Assembly (NCBI GenBank): GCA_944389465.1
Contig: CALXML010000006.1
Coordinates: forward strand, 13 to 64,012
From: an uncultured Alphaproteobacteria bacterium
GTDB taxonomy: Bacteria > Pseudomonadota > Alphaproteobacteria > Rs-D84
DNA length: 64,000 nucleotides
Reading direction: 5' to 3'
The translations under genes and the position numbers were made by a program. This document shows positions 48,249 through 57,691 of the stretch, one piece after another. Every line of letters begins with the position of its first letter. Positions within the stretch are counted from its first letter, which is position 1. The notes below the pieces were generated by a model. That model was not told the DNA's origin. It ran no database searches and saw only the letters and a program-made list of their open reading frames with translations.

Positions 48249-51043
48249 TATTATTCTGTCTAGTTTTTTATTGGGGCTTTGATAACCAAAACATCAAAAG
48301 GTTGCTTGCTAGTAATCAGCAGGACAAAAAACGTAAAATATTAAACGTAATTTCAACTGTGAGTTGAATTTTATTGGCTTGTCTTGTCTTTTTTTGATGA
48401 ATATAAAAAAGTATTCAACCATAGGTTGATTTTACGCCCAATATTGTAGTTGTTATCATAGATTTAGAACCAAACACTCGGATGGCGCGCACTTATGTAA
48501 ATTGGGGTGAAGTGTTTAACAAATACAACCACAGGTTGAATTTTGGTGTAAAATACTGCGGACTACCGTTAATTATCGTGTCAATCAAAGAATACATGTG
48601 TCCGACGAACATCCAGCAAAGCGTAATAAATTCAATACGAAATTCAACCAGAGGTTGTATTAGATTCTTTTCTATTGTACATAGGTGACCTTATAAGATG
48701 TATGCAAGTGGAATTTTATACTAAAACCAACCCTAGGTTGAATGAGCTGGCGTTAATGCAGGATATTGGTGGGGTGCTATCCGTAATCCAACAATCAATG
48801 GCATTATTATAAGTTGAATATATTTGTAAATTCAACCGTCGGTTGTATTTATGTCTTATTATCTCATATAAATAATGTTTTATAATGATTGTCCAACGGC
48901 TGTTGCAGATAATGATACAGCATATGTAGGCTGAACAAATTTTATTGTCATTACAGGTTGAATTAATGTCTGCAAAATCGCCTGTACCGCCATTTACAAT
49001 TATGTTTTGTTTGCTATTAGTCTTCCTTTGGTGGTGTTTTGGGGTGCACGGCTAAAAAATGTAACATCCACAACCACAGGTTGAAATTTCTGCTGTAAAT
49101 CTGCACTGTTTCCGAAGTTATCCCCAATAAGTCAATAATTGGGTATATGGGTTTTGATTAATTGAATAATACGATAGTTTCAATCATGGGTTGAATCTGT
49201 GTGCTTAATTTTGCGTTTTACAGCGGAGTATTGAATTATGAACAATATTTTTCAGCTATGCTGAATTTGTGGTGACGATATATGTTGGTGGTTGAATAAA
49301 TGACAAAAAAACAACCTTTGGTTGAATATTTATCCGTATTTTATAGACGTGTCGGATAAATGCTTTAAAAATACGAATTATAGATTAATCATTGGTGCTG
49401 TATATTTGTTGTCAAAATATCGGTAAAAATACCGAATGCTGATTATATACCAGAAGAAATACTAGGTAATAACAGACAAAAACACCATACAAAATTTAAC
49501 CATAGGTTGTACCCATGAGTAATAAATTACATTCGGTAAGTTATTAATAGTTTTAATTATAGTTATATGGTTTGTGTTATGTCAAAACACGGGGGTGAAT
49601 ACAACCATAGATTGAATCGTTGCGCAAAATCCCGCAAATTTACTTATTAAAATTTCTAATAATTCAGACAACTCATTTGCAACCAATGTAATTAAAGTAA
49701 AATACAACCACAAGTTGAATTATGACGCTATTTCTATTATAAGTTGATCATTTGTGTTAAGGTGTCTGAAGTGGAGAAACTTACATCAAAATCAACCCTA
49801 GATTGAATTTAGTGTTGGTATTTGTTTGTATAGAGCATTTGATTGTAGGAAACGGTTAGATTTTTCCAGATTAAACTTTTGTCATGTATAACTACTTGAA
49901 CTCTCAATCACTCTTGTTATTAATATTAAAGTTGCCAAAACACTGAACGCAATACAACCACAGGTTGAATTTATATTTAAAATCGTGTCTGTTTGCACTT
50001 TATCTGTCGGTGTGCGGAATGTATTAAATGCAACCGTAGGTTGAAATTAATGCTGGTAATCTGCGCGGTTGGCAGGAAATGCATTTGGTTGAACATATCA
50101 ATAAATTCAGCCGTAGGTTGTATTTGGGCTTGGTGATATAGGGTATTAGTAAAATTACTGTTTATAATCTAATCACTTGCCATCTATGATTAATTGAATA
50201 TTATAATAAATTCAACCACAAGTTGTATTTAAACCTGATAAGAAAGGAGTTTCAGAAATTGTAGATTATAATCCATCTATTGATAGTGTTGTCATTGGTT
50301 GAATGTTCTGTCAAAATCAACCACAGGTTGTATTTTTATGCCGTTGTTTCAGGCATTGATGAACTTGTTCTCTTAATTCAATAATTGGCACATCGTTTTT
50401 AATTGAATATTGCAACAAAATCAACCATGGGTTGTATTTTTGTGCCGTTGTTTCAGGTATTGATGAACCTGTTCTCTTAAGCCAATAATTATCCGCATCG
50501 TTTTTTTGATTGAACCTCGTGATAAATGCAACTACAGATTGTGTTTAATACTGGTAATCTAGGATGTTAACAAAAATTGTTAAACCAACTGTTGATAGTG
50601 TCGTCATTGGTTGAATGTTCTGTCAAAATCAACCACAGGTTGCATTTTGTCTTGATAATTTAAGGTATTATAAAAATCACTGTTTGCAATCTATTAATTT
50701 AATTGAATATTATGCAAAATTCAACCACAGGTTGTGTTTTATCTTGCTGTTTTGGGGCATCAATGAAATCGTTCTTTTAATTCAATAATCGGCCAATTAT
50801 TTTTTAATTAAATATCGTAATAAATTCAACTATCGGTTGTATTTAATATAAATATCGCAAGTGTTATGGCAGAAACGCAACATATTCAACATTAACCGTT
50901 CGGATGCAATCAGCATATTTAGTTGAATTTTTAAAAACATTCAACCTGTGGTTGTGTTGTGGTAATCGTTATTTGAAAAAAAACGCAAAGTCATAGGTTA
51001 TTACATCCGGCGGAAAATCAACCGTATATTCAATCTGTGATTG

Positions 51044-51194
51044 TGTCTTGCGGCGTTACAGGCGCGTCAACGCGCCGACAATCATTATTACGGGCCAGCG
51101 GTTCAGCCAATCGCCACGTATGTTTTATTGCCGCGTGTTGTGGCGTGCGTCATAAATAATAGATACTGCTCGGGCCGGTCGTCCCGCGCCAATT
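51044..51194. repeat. GC-rich terminal module, right
   Basis: Reverse complement of 45359-45520, with an approx 11-nt deletion and scattered substitutions. Confidence 0.85.
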
Positions 51195-51304
51195 TGGTGG
51201 CGGGATTATAAAATGTACCATATATTTAAATGCCAATTCGTCATACGACTTCTTTCACTTGTCTTGTTATAAATATCGTGTCGGCGGGATTTTAGCCGTT
51301 TGTT

Positions 51305-51317
51305 CAACCGGTGGTTG
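51305..51317. repeat. solitary perfect box outside the inverted repeat
   Basis: TGTTCAACC-GGT-GGTTGGAT. Confidence 0.6.
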
Positions 51318-51600
51318 GATTTGCCTTGGGTATATTCATTTGCGGGCGGGTGGGGCGGTCACGTTGTGGCCTGATATTTCGCGGTTATTGGAAATCGCAT
51401 AGTCATTATTGCATAATCATTATATTAAATATCGTCTATTCCCCATCGTTTGCGTTCGTTGTGTTGCCAGTGGCGGGGCGTGCCGTATGTGTCGGGACGT
51501 CACATCCATAAATTTGCCAAAACGCCCAAATGCCAGTGGCCACGTTGTCCATATATCATAATAATTCATCGCCTTGATTTTTCTGTGTTAATTTTTCATC

Positions 51601-51629
51601 TTGCTTTGCGGTACGATGCAGGATAACAT
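51601..51629 (+). promoter_or_regulatory. sigma70-like promoter of the Cys-rich gene
   Basis: TTGCTT - 17 nt - TAACAT, in the same position relative to the leader as at 5079-5107. Confidence 0.45.
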
Positions 51630-51866
51630 AATTTATGTTGATGGGTGTTCCGTCAATGGGGTGTGAGAACCCGTGCATACGCGTCGGAATATTGGGACGG
51701 TGCGGTTGTGCCGACCGTGTGGTATTACGACGAAAAATAAACTCCTGATATTTGGTCAGGAGGGTCGTGAATATAAAATAAGCGACACAATTCGTATGAT
51801 TGTTCTCAACCTCCTGACCACCAAGTTTTTGGTGGTTTTTCGTTAAGAAAAAACAGGAGTTTGAAA
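51630..51866 (+). promoter_or_regulatory. conserved structured 5' leader (copy 2) with intrinsic terminator
   Basis: Hairpin 51638-51656, hairpin 51742-51762, terminator ACCACC-N8-GGTGGTTTTT at 51817-51840. Confidence 0.55.
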
Positions 51867-52448
51867 ATGAAAAAAACATTATATATAGCACCGCTTATTG
51901 CGGGCTTGTGCAACAGTGCTGTTGCTTGGACGGCTGGTCAACAGTGTGCCGCCGATTATGATATGTCCACATATTATCAATGCGATTGCCCAATAGAAGA
52001 CAGATTGGCCAGTGGCTGGATTGTTGGGCCGTGTGATTCTTATGAACAAATCTGGTGTTATGATACGAATGGCGTTTGTGCCGGTGACGGTGGCGAGGGT
52101 GCATGTGGGGTATGCCACTGCACAGATTCTGTTGGTGATTGGGAAAAAATGACAGACCCGTTTATCGGCGAATTTATGCAACGCGTTATCACGACGTACA
52201 GTCATTCAGATAATTATTATATATGCAAGGCATCCACCCAGCGTGAAAAAGCATGTTTGGCTGGGTATTATAAATCTGGTACTTCTGGATTAAACTGTCG
52301 CTTGTGTCCGTCATTTAATGGTGTGGCCGGCGCATCAGATATTGGTGCCACCAGCATAACAGATTGTTATATAGCATCCGGCACAATATTGTCAGATACC
52401 ACCGGAACGTACACATATACACGTGATTGTTATTACAGTAACCAGTAA
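51867..52448 (+). CDS. secreted Cys-rich protein (193 aa)
   Basis: ATG at 51867 lies 7 nt after AGGAG. Signal peptide MKKTLYIAPLIAGLCNSAVA and 19 Cys. GYYKSGTSGLNCRLCP and the C-terminal TGTYTYTRDC motifs are shared with 4127-4408. Confidence 0.65.
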   Translation: MKKTLYIAPLIAGLCNSAVAWTAGQQCAADYDMSTYYQCDCPIEDRLASGWIVGPCDSYEQIWCYDTNGVCAGDGGEGACGVCHCTDSVGDWEKMTDPFIGEFMQRVITTYSHSDNYYICKASTQREKACLAGYYKSGTSGLNCRLCPSFNGVAGASDIGATSITDCYIASGTILSDTTGTYTYTRDCYYSNQ

Positions 52449-52460
52449 TTACAAATAAAT

Positions 52461-52487
52461 ACCCCGCCGTTCGGTGGGGTATATTTA
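52461..52487. terminator. terminator between convergent genes
   Basis: ACCCCGCC-GTTC-GGTGGGGT plus a T-rich tail. Confidence 0.6.
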
Positions 52488-52502
52488 TCAATATTGGTTT
52501 TG

Positions 52503-53144
52503 TTACAGTCCAAATTTGTATGCCGCGCCAATGTATAATTCTGTGGCGTCAACCTCTACTGAAATATGGTTGCCGGCGTCGTCACTCATTTCAATATCGC
52601 CATAGTTTTGATATTTTAATCCTATGTTTAAATCTATGCGTGTGTTTAATGCAAAGTTTACACCAACCATTGCGCCCCACGACATATCAGCGGTTGAATC
52701 AGACATATGCATTCCGCCACCAACATCGCCCCAAATGCCTGAAACACCAATGCCCAATCCGGCATATGGTTCAACCGCGCCACCAAATTGCTGGTACACG
52801 TACACATTCAGCATATTTGACCATATGTTAAAATCATAATCATTGCCGTATTTTTCTTCGCCGCCATATGTGTATGCTGTTTCAAATTCTATTTTTATAT
52901 GGTCTGTTAATCTGTTTCCGATATTCAGGCCAAAACCAAAACTGTCATCGCGCAATTTAGTATCGTTGCCATCTTTAAATTCAACACCAAATGCCAAGTG
53001 TTCATTTTGGTGCAATCTGATACCGACATAGTTATCACGACGTGGTGCATTGCCATAATCATAACCATATCCATAATCATCGGCCACAGCGGGCAGGGCA
53101 GACAATCCCAAAATGCTGCATAATATAATAGACAGTTTTTTCAT
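52503..53144 (-). CDS. outer-membrane beta-barrel protein (small OMP/porin family)
   Basis: Signal peptide, alternating aromatic/Gly beta-strand pattern, C-terminal ..AAYKFGL. Confidence 0.7.
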   Translation of the reverse strand: MKKLSIILCSILGLSALPAVADDYGYGYDYGNAPRRDNYVGIRLHQNEHLAFGVEFKDGNDTKLRDDSFGFGLNIGNRLTDHIKIEFETAYTYGGEEKYGNDYDFNIWSNMLNVYVYQQFGGAVEPYAGLGIGVSGIWGDVGGGMHMSDSTADMSWGAMVGVNFALNTRIDLNIGLKYQNYGDIEMSDDAGNHISVEVDATELYIGAAYKFGL

Positions 53145-53230
53145 CTCTTATCCTCTGTTTTGTGTGTTTAGTAATTATAGTTTTAATTTATGGAAAAAGG
53201 CAAGTCGTTTATGATATAATTCCATAACGG

Positions 53231-55024
53231 TTGGAGATTACTGCATTGTTTCGCACAGAATCAGATGTTCACAGTCGTGATAAAAAAAATCAACAGCGCG
53301 CCCCGTCGCGTTGGGTGCGTTTATTGGTTTGGGGCATAGATTTATTTATGTTGTGCTTGGTTGGTGTTGCGATATATGTGGTTGTCATATTTTTGCAAAT
53401 GCCATCACTGGATGCGATTTTGCATGAAACGCGCCCCGCAGCAATAGTGTTTCTGGACAAGGATGGCAATGAGTTGCGTTCATCAAATCGCATAATGGGT
53501 GTGCCGGTATCTGTGGAAACTTTGCCGCCCCACGTATGGCAGGCCATTGTTGCAATAGAAGACAAACGTTTCTTTGAACATGGGCCGATTGAAATTCGTG
53601 CCATTGCGCGTGCGATGATTTCTAATTTAATGCATGGGCGGTTGGCGGCCGGTGGTTCAACAATAACACAGCAAACTGCAAAAAATATATTCTTGTCCCG
53701 TGAAAAAAAGATTTCGCGCAAGGTTCAGGAATTAATTTTATCATATTGGCTGGAAAACAGATTTACTAAAAATCAGGTTTTGGATTTATATATGAACCGT
53801 GTGTCTTTGGTTGGCGGAATGCGTGGAATTGACGCGGCCGCGCGTGTTATGTTTCAAACATCTGCAAATAATTTAACAATTGCACAGGCTGCACAAATCG
53901 CCGCAATGTTAAAAGCCCCAACAACATACAGTCCATTGGTAAACCCCGATAAAAATATCGCACGTGCCCGCACTGTATTACAGGAAATGGTGCGTCAGGG
54001 ATATATTTCATTAAATCAGGCGCGTATTGCGGCACGTCAATTACAACCTGCAACCCCCGCACCAAATACAAATATATACCGTTATTGGACAGATTTTGTT
54101 CTGGACGAAGTTGAATCCACAATAGGTACATTGGAAACAGATGTTTATGTATACACCACAATGGATATGGAGTTACAGGAACATATTGCCGACATATTAC
54201 CCACGCGGGTTGGTGAATATCAGGGGGCGGTTGTTGCCATGAATACCGATGGTGCGGTGCGTGCAATGGTTGGTGGCACTAATTATCAGGAAAGTCAATT
54301 TAATCGCGCATTGGCACTGCGTCAACCCGGCAGTTCGTTTAAGCCTGTTGTTTATCTGGTTGCGTTGGAAAATGGTATGACACCCGACAGTTATGTTAAT
54401 GATTCCCCATTTTCAATTGGCGATTATTCGCCGCAAAATTATAATAAACGTTATTATGGTGATATAACTTTGGCAACAGCGTTTGCAAAGTCTGTTAATT
54501 CAGTGCCATTAAAACTGACACAGGAATTTGGTATTGACAGTGTGCTGAATATGGCGGGCCGTTTGGGTGTGGGCAATAAATTGCGTCGTGAATATTCAAC
54601 AGTGTTGGGGGCGTCTGAAATGTCGCTGTTGGATTTAACGACCATTTATGCGGTTATTTGGAATGATGGGTATTCTGTGCGTCCCTATTCAATTACAAAA
54701 ATAACAGACCCACAGGGAAATATAATTTATCAACGTAATCCATCAGAACCACTGCAAATTTTAATGCCACAAACTGTGGAATATATGACGGATTTATTGG
54801 CAGACGTTGTCGCTGTTGGTGGTACGGGACATCGCGCAATGGCATCCGGTGTGCTGGGTGGCAAAACCGGTACCAGTAATGACAACCGTGATGCGTGGTT
54901 TGTTGGTGCATGGCGTGATTTGATAATAGGTGTCTGGATGGGCTACGATGATTTTACATCAATGTCATCAAAAATAACCGGTGGCACAATCCCAGCAACC
55001 ATATTCCATGAAATAGTGAAATAA
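53231..55024 (+). CDS. mrcA: penicillin-binding protein 1A family (bifunctional transglycosylase/transpeptidase)
   Basis: EDKRFFEH and GGSTITQQ transglycosylase motifs; SSFK, SVN and KTGT transpeptidase motifs. The TTG start is uncertain. Confidence 0.85.
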   Translation: MEITALFRTESDVHSRDKKNQQRAPSRWVRLLVWGIDLFMLCLVGVAIYVVVIFLQMPSLDAILHETRPAAIVFLDKDGNELRSSNRIMGVPVSVETLPPHVWQAIVAIEDKRFFEHGPIEIRAIARAMISNLMHGRLAAGGSTITQQTAKNIFLSREKKISRKVQELILSYWLENRFTKNQVLDLYMNRVSLVGGMRGIDAAARVMFQTSANNLTIAQAAQIAAMLKAPTTYSPLVNPDKNIARARTVLQEMVRQGYISLNQARIAARQLQPATPAPNTNIYRYWTDFVLDEVESTIGTLETDVYVYTTMDMELQEHIADILPTRVGEYQGAVVAMNTDGAVRAMVGGTNYQESQFNRALALRQPGSSFKPVVYLVALENGMTPDSYVNDSPFSIGDYSPQNYNKRYYGDITLATAFAKSVNSVPLKLTQEFGIDSVLNMAGRLGVGNKLRREYSTVLGASEMSLLDLTTIYAVIWNDGYSVRPYSITKITDPQGNIIYQRNPSEPLQILMPQTVEYMTDLLADVVAVGGTGHRAMASGVLGGKTGTSNDNRDAWFVGAWRDLIIGVWMGYDDFTSMSSKITGGTIPATIFHEIVK

Positions 55025-55088
55025 AATTCATCAGTACAGAAATAAAATCTGTTTTTATTGTGTTGGATTTTGTGATATAATATATGGT

Positions 55089-56072
55089 ATGAGAAGTAGG
55101 AATCTGCTGTTTTTACCAATTGTTTTATGTGCACTGGTTACGGGCACGGCCCGCGCAAATTGGGAATATTCCGGATATTATGTGGGGGATGGTGCGTATA
55201 CTGATGACGGCAGTCGCTTTATCGTATCTGTGCGTGGCGGTGCATCAATTGGTATGGGGGCAATTAAAAACGAAATTGGTGAATTAACCCCGTTGTATTA
55301 TATGAGTCCCGATGGCAGCACCATTATGTCTGAATTGGGATATTATCAGTGTCAGGACCGTGGTGAATGCATGGACTTTATTCCCGCCGGTTATGTGAAT
55401 TTGGGCGATTTGCCCGCGACCAAGGATTTTGAATCATTTGGTTTTGCGGCCGGTGCCAGTGTTGGTTGGACAATTCCAAATACGCCCCAATGGCGTGTTG
55501 AATTGGGCTGGGACCATATAATGAAAAGTGAATATAACGCATCCCCATTCATAGAGGGCGACGCCCCATTATTCAGTGGCGATGCCGCTGGCGCAATTGC
55601 AACAATTTCCAGTGGTGCGGTTCAATCATCTGTTGAAACGGATATTATCAGCGTAATGGCGTTTTACGATTTTTACGATGGTATACAAAAACCCGCACGT
55701 CAGGTTATTCCATACATCGGATTTGGTGTTGGATATGCGGATATAAAAACAACATTGAATTTGTCTGACCCGTACGGGGATTTGTCTGGCATATATGAAT
55801 TATTACCATACGGGGTCAAGGAACAGTCTGATGATGTAATTCAATTTTATCGTTCTGAATTAAGTTCTGCCAATATTGCGGGATTGTTATCGTTGGGCCT
55901 GTCGTACGGCATAACAGAAAAAATGTTTTTTGATATTGGTGCACGTGTCGCATATATTCCACGTATTCGTTGGGCCTTAAGTAACGAAGACGCCAGTCAG
56001 CACCGCGATTGGTTCAGTGCAGAAAACGCAATATATGCAAATATTATGTTAAGCCTGCGATTTGAATTTTAA
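55089..56072 (+). CDS. outer-membrane beta-barrel protein
   Basis: Signal peptide ..GTARA, beta-strand periodicity, C-terminal LSLRFEF. Confidence 0.6.
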   Translation: MRSRNLLFLPIVLCALVTGTARANWEYSGYYVGDGAYTDDGSRFIVSVRGGASIGMGAIKNEIGELTPLYYMSPDGSTIMSELGYYQCQDRGECMDFIPAGYVNLGDLPATKDFESFGFAAGASVGWTIPNTPQWRVELGWDHIMKSEYNASPFIEGDAPLFSGDAAGAIATISSGAVQSSVETDIISVMAFYDFYDGIQKPARQVIPYIGFGVGYADIKTTLNLSDPYGDLSGIYELLPYGVKEQSDDVIQFYRSELSSANIAGLLSLGLSYGITEKMFFDIGARVAYIPRIRWALSNEDASQHRDWFSAENAIYANIMLSLRFEF

Positions 56073-56076
56073 TAAG

Positions 56077-56101
56077 AATCCGCCCAAATGGCGGATTTTT
56101 T
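56077..56101. terminator. bidirectional terminator
   Basis: AATCCGCC-CAAAT-GGCGGATT followed by TTTT. Confidence 0.75.
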
Positions 56102-57620
56102 ATCGCACCCCGTATTTTCCGCGGTTAATTGGGCGGTATGATAATGCCTCGGCTAAATCCGGCATTTCTATGTTTATGCCGCCACGTAAATCGGCAATGG
56201 TTCGTGCCAGTCTGCGAATGCGGTTATATCCGCGTGCAGACATACCCATTTTTTCGGCGGCGGTATTTAAAAAGTTTTTCAATTCGTCCGATAATTGTGT
56301 AACGGCGTCTAAATCCGCACCATCCAAATATGCGTTTGGTTTTCCCTGACGTTCAATTTGGCGATTTCGTGCGGCAACCACACGTGCCCGAATTTGTGCA
56401 GACGTTTCAACCGGCGCGGTGTCTGTATTATTCATTTCCCATGGATTTACTGGGTCAACATCAACGTGCAAATCAATTCTGTCCAACAGTGGGCCTGAAA
56501 TCTTGTTTTGATACGCCTCGGCACAGCGTGGCGCACGGGTGCACGATAATGCTGCATTTCCCAAATGGCCACACGGACACGGGTTCATCGCAGCGATTAA
56601 TTGAAATCGTGCCGGATATGTGGCGGTGCGTTTTGCGCGTGCGATGGTTATTTCGCCGGCCTCCATCGGTTGGCGTAATATTTCCAGTGTGGTTCTGTTA
56701 AATTCCGGCAATTCGTCCAGAAACAAAACCCCATTATGTGCCAAAGAAATTTCCCCCGGACGTGCGCCCGCGCCACCACCTGCCAAAGATATTGCACTGG
56801 CCGTATGATGAACGCTGCGAAATGGTCGTGTGGTTATCAAAGATTTATCATTTAACTGCCCTGCAATGGAATAAATTATGGATGTTTCCAAAATTTCATC
56901 TGGTGTCATTTCGGGCAATATTGTCGGCAGTCTGGACGCCAACATAGTTTTTCCGCCCCCCGGTGGCCCAACCATTAACATTGCATGGCCACCTGCCGCC
57001 GCAATTTCCAGTGCACGTTTGGCAGCCGCCTGTCCATGCACATCGGCCATATCAATGTGGTAATTGTTTTGTACAATATTTGATTCCATTGCCGGCACAG
57101 GTAATATTTGTGTGCCCTTGAAATGATTAATTAAATCCAGCACATGGGATGGTGCAATTATATTTGTATGTCCGGCCCAGCGCGCTTCGGCCCCCTGTAC
57201 AGATGGGCAAATTATACCCATATTATTTTGTGCGGCCCAAACACTGGTTGGTAACACACCATTTGTTTTTACAATTGCGCCGTTTAATCCAACTTCGCCA
57301 ATAATTACATATTTGGCCAGTTCGTTTTCAGGTAATACACCAATGGCGCACAGTATTCCACACAGAATGGGCAAATCAAAATGCGAACCTGTTTTTTCAA
57401 CATCGGCCGGCGACAGATTCACGGTTAACCGCTTTGGCGGCAATGACAGGTTTAATGCAGATAAAACATTTCTGATTCTTTCGGCAGATTCTTTGACCGC
57501 GCGGTCCGCCAAACCAATGATGTTAAATTCTGGTTTTGCCAGTCCAGCAGATAACTGAACCTGAACGTTTATGGGTGTTGCGTCCATCCCATTAAATATT
57601 ATTGAATTTAAAGAAATCAT
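56100..57620 (-). CDS. comM: Mg-chelatase-like AAA+ protein YifB/ComM
   Basis: 506 aa with an N-terminal Lon-protease-like domain, Walker A GPPGGGKT and a ChlI-like core. Confidence 0.85.
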   Translation of the reverse strand: MISLNSIIFNGMDATPINVQVQLSAGLAKPEFNIIGLADRAVKESAERIRNVLSALNLSLPPKRLTVNLSPADVEKTGSHFDLPILCGILCAIGVLPENELAKYVIIGEVGLNGAIVKTNGVLPTSVWAAQNNMGIICPSVQGAEARWAGHTNIIAPSHVLDLINHFKGTQILPVPAMESNIVQNNYHIDMADVHGQAAAKRALEIAAAGGHAMLMVGPPGGGKTMLASRLPTILPEMTPDEILETSIIYSIAGQLNDKSLITTRPFRSVHHTASAISLAGGGAGARPGEISLAHNGVLFLDELPEFNRTTLEILRQPMEAGEITIARAKRTATYPARFQLIAAMNPCPCGHLGNAALSCTRAPRCAEAYQNKISGPLLDRIDLHVDVDPVNPWEMNNTDTAPVETSAQIRARVVAARNRQIERQGKPNAYLDGADLDAVTQLSDELKNFLNTAAEKMGMSARGYNRIRRLARTIADLRGGINIEMPDLAEALSYRPINRGKYGVR

Positions 57621-57691
57621 ATTTGCATATTAAAACTTGCGCAACATCAATTCAAGTTATAAAATGGTGCGCGTATAAAGGGTGAAAAGAT

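Larger units (their letters stand above)
45359..51194. repeat. 5.8-kb satellite-like array of about 50 CAACC-N3-GGTTG boxes arranged as a giant imperfect inverted repeat
   Basis: 52 boxes located by hand (26 perfect). Modal spacing is 101-115 bp. The outer arms are reverse complements of each other, and no credible ORF is present. Confidence 0.9.

Noticed and set aside
48200-48400. dif/Xer site or DnaA-box cluster at the symmetry axis
   Set aside because: I scanned by eye for a CATAA-N6-TTATG-type dif core and for TTATCCACA-like boxes and found none. The fork-trap idea therefore rests only on site orientation.
45359-51194. CRISPR array interpretation of the box array
   Set aside because: Repeats are degenerate (about half carry mismatches) instead of near-identical. 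The period is about 105 bp with about 60-nt spacers that recur in families and are mirrored on the other arm. There are no cas genes in the window and no leader-like polarity.
45359-51194. Integron-like attC cluster, because ATTCAAC and GTTGAAT fit the RYYYAAC / GTTRRRY core-site consensus
   Set aside because: There is no intI nearby and no gene cassettes between sites. The sequence between an ATTCAAC and the next GTTGAAT folds only weakly when paired by hand. The strongest conservation is the CAACC-N3-GGTTG dyad, which is not an attC feature. A formal attC covariance-model scan (IntegronFinder) would settle it.
45359-51194. Assembly fold-back or chimeric-read artefact producing a palindrome
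   Set aside because: The arms differ by roughly 10% substitutions, small indels and whole-unit indels, and the centre is not palindromic. An artefactual fold-back would give identical arms. Long-read confirmation is still desirable.
51861-51866. TTG start at 51861 for the Cys-rich protein
   Set aside because: ATG at 51867 sits at ideal distance from AGGAG and yields a canonical signal peptide.
51556-51891. 111-aa minus-strand ORF overlapping the leader of the Cys-rich gene
   Set aside because: It is antisense to a conserved structured leader and promoter, has no RBS, and has no counterpart at the paralogous locus.
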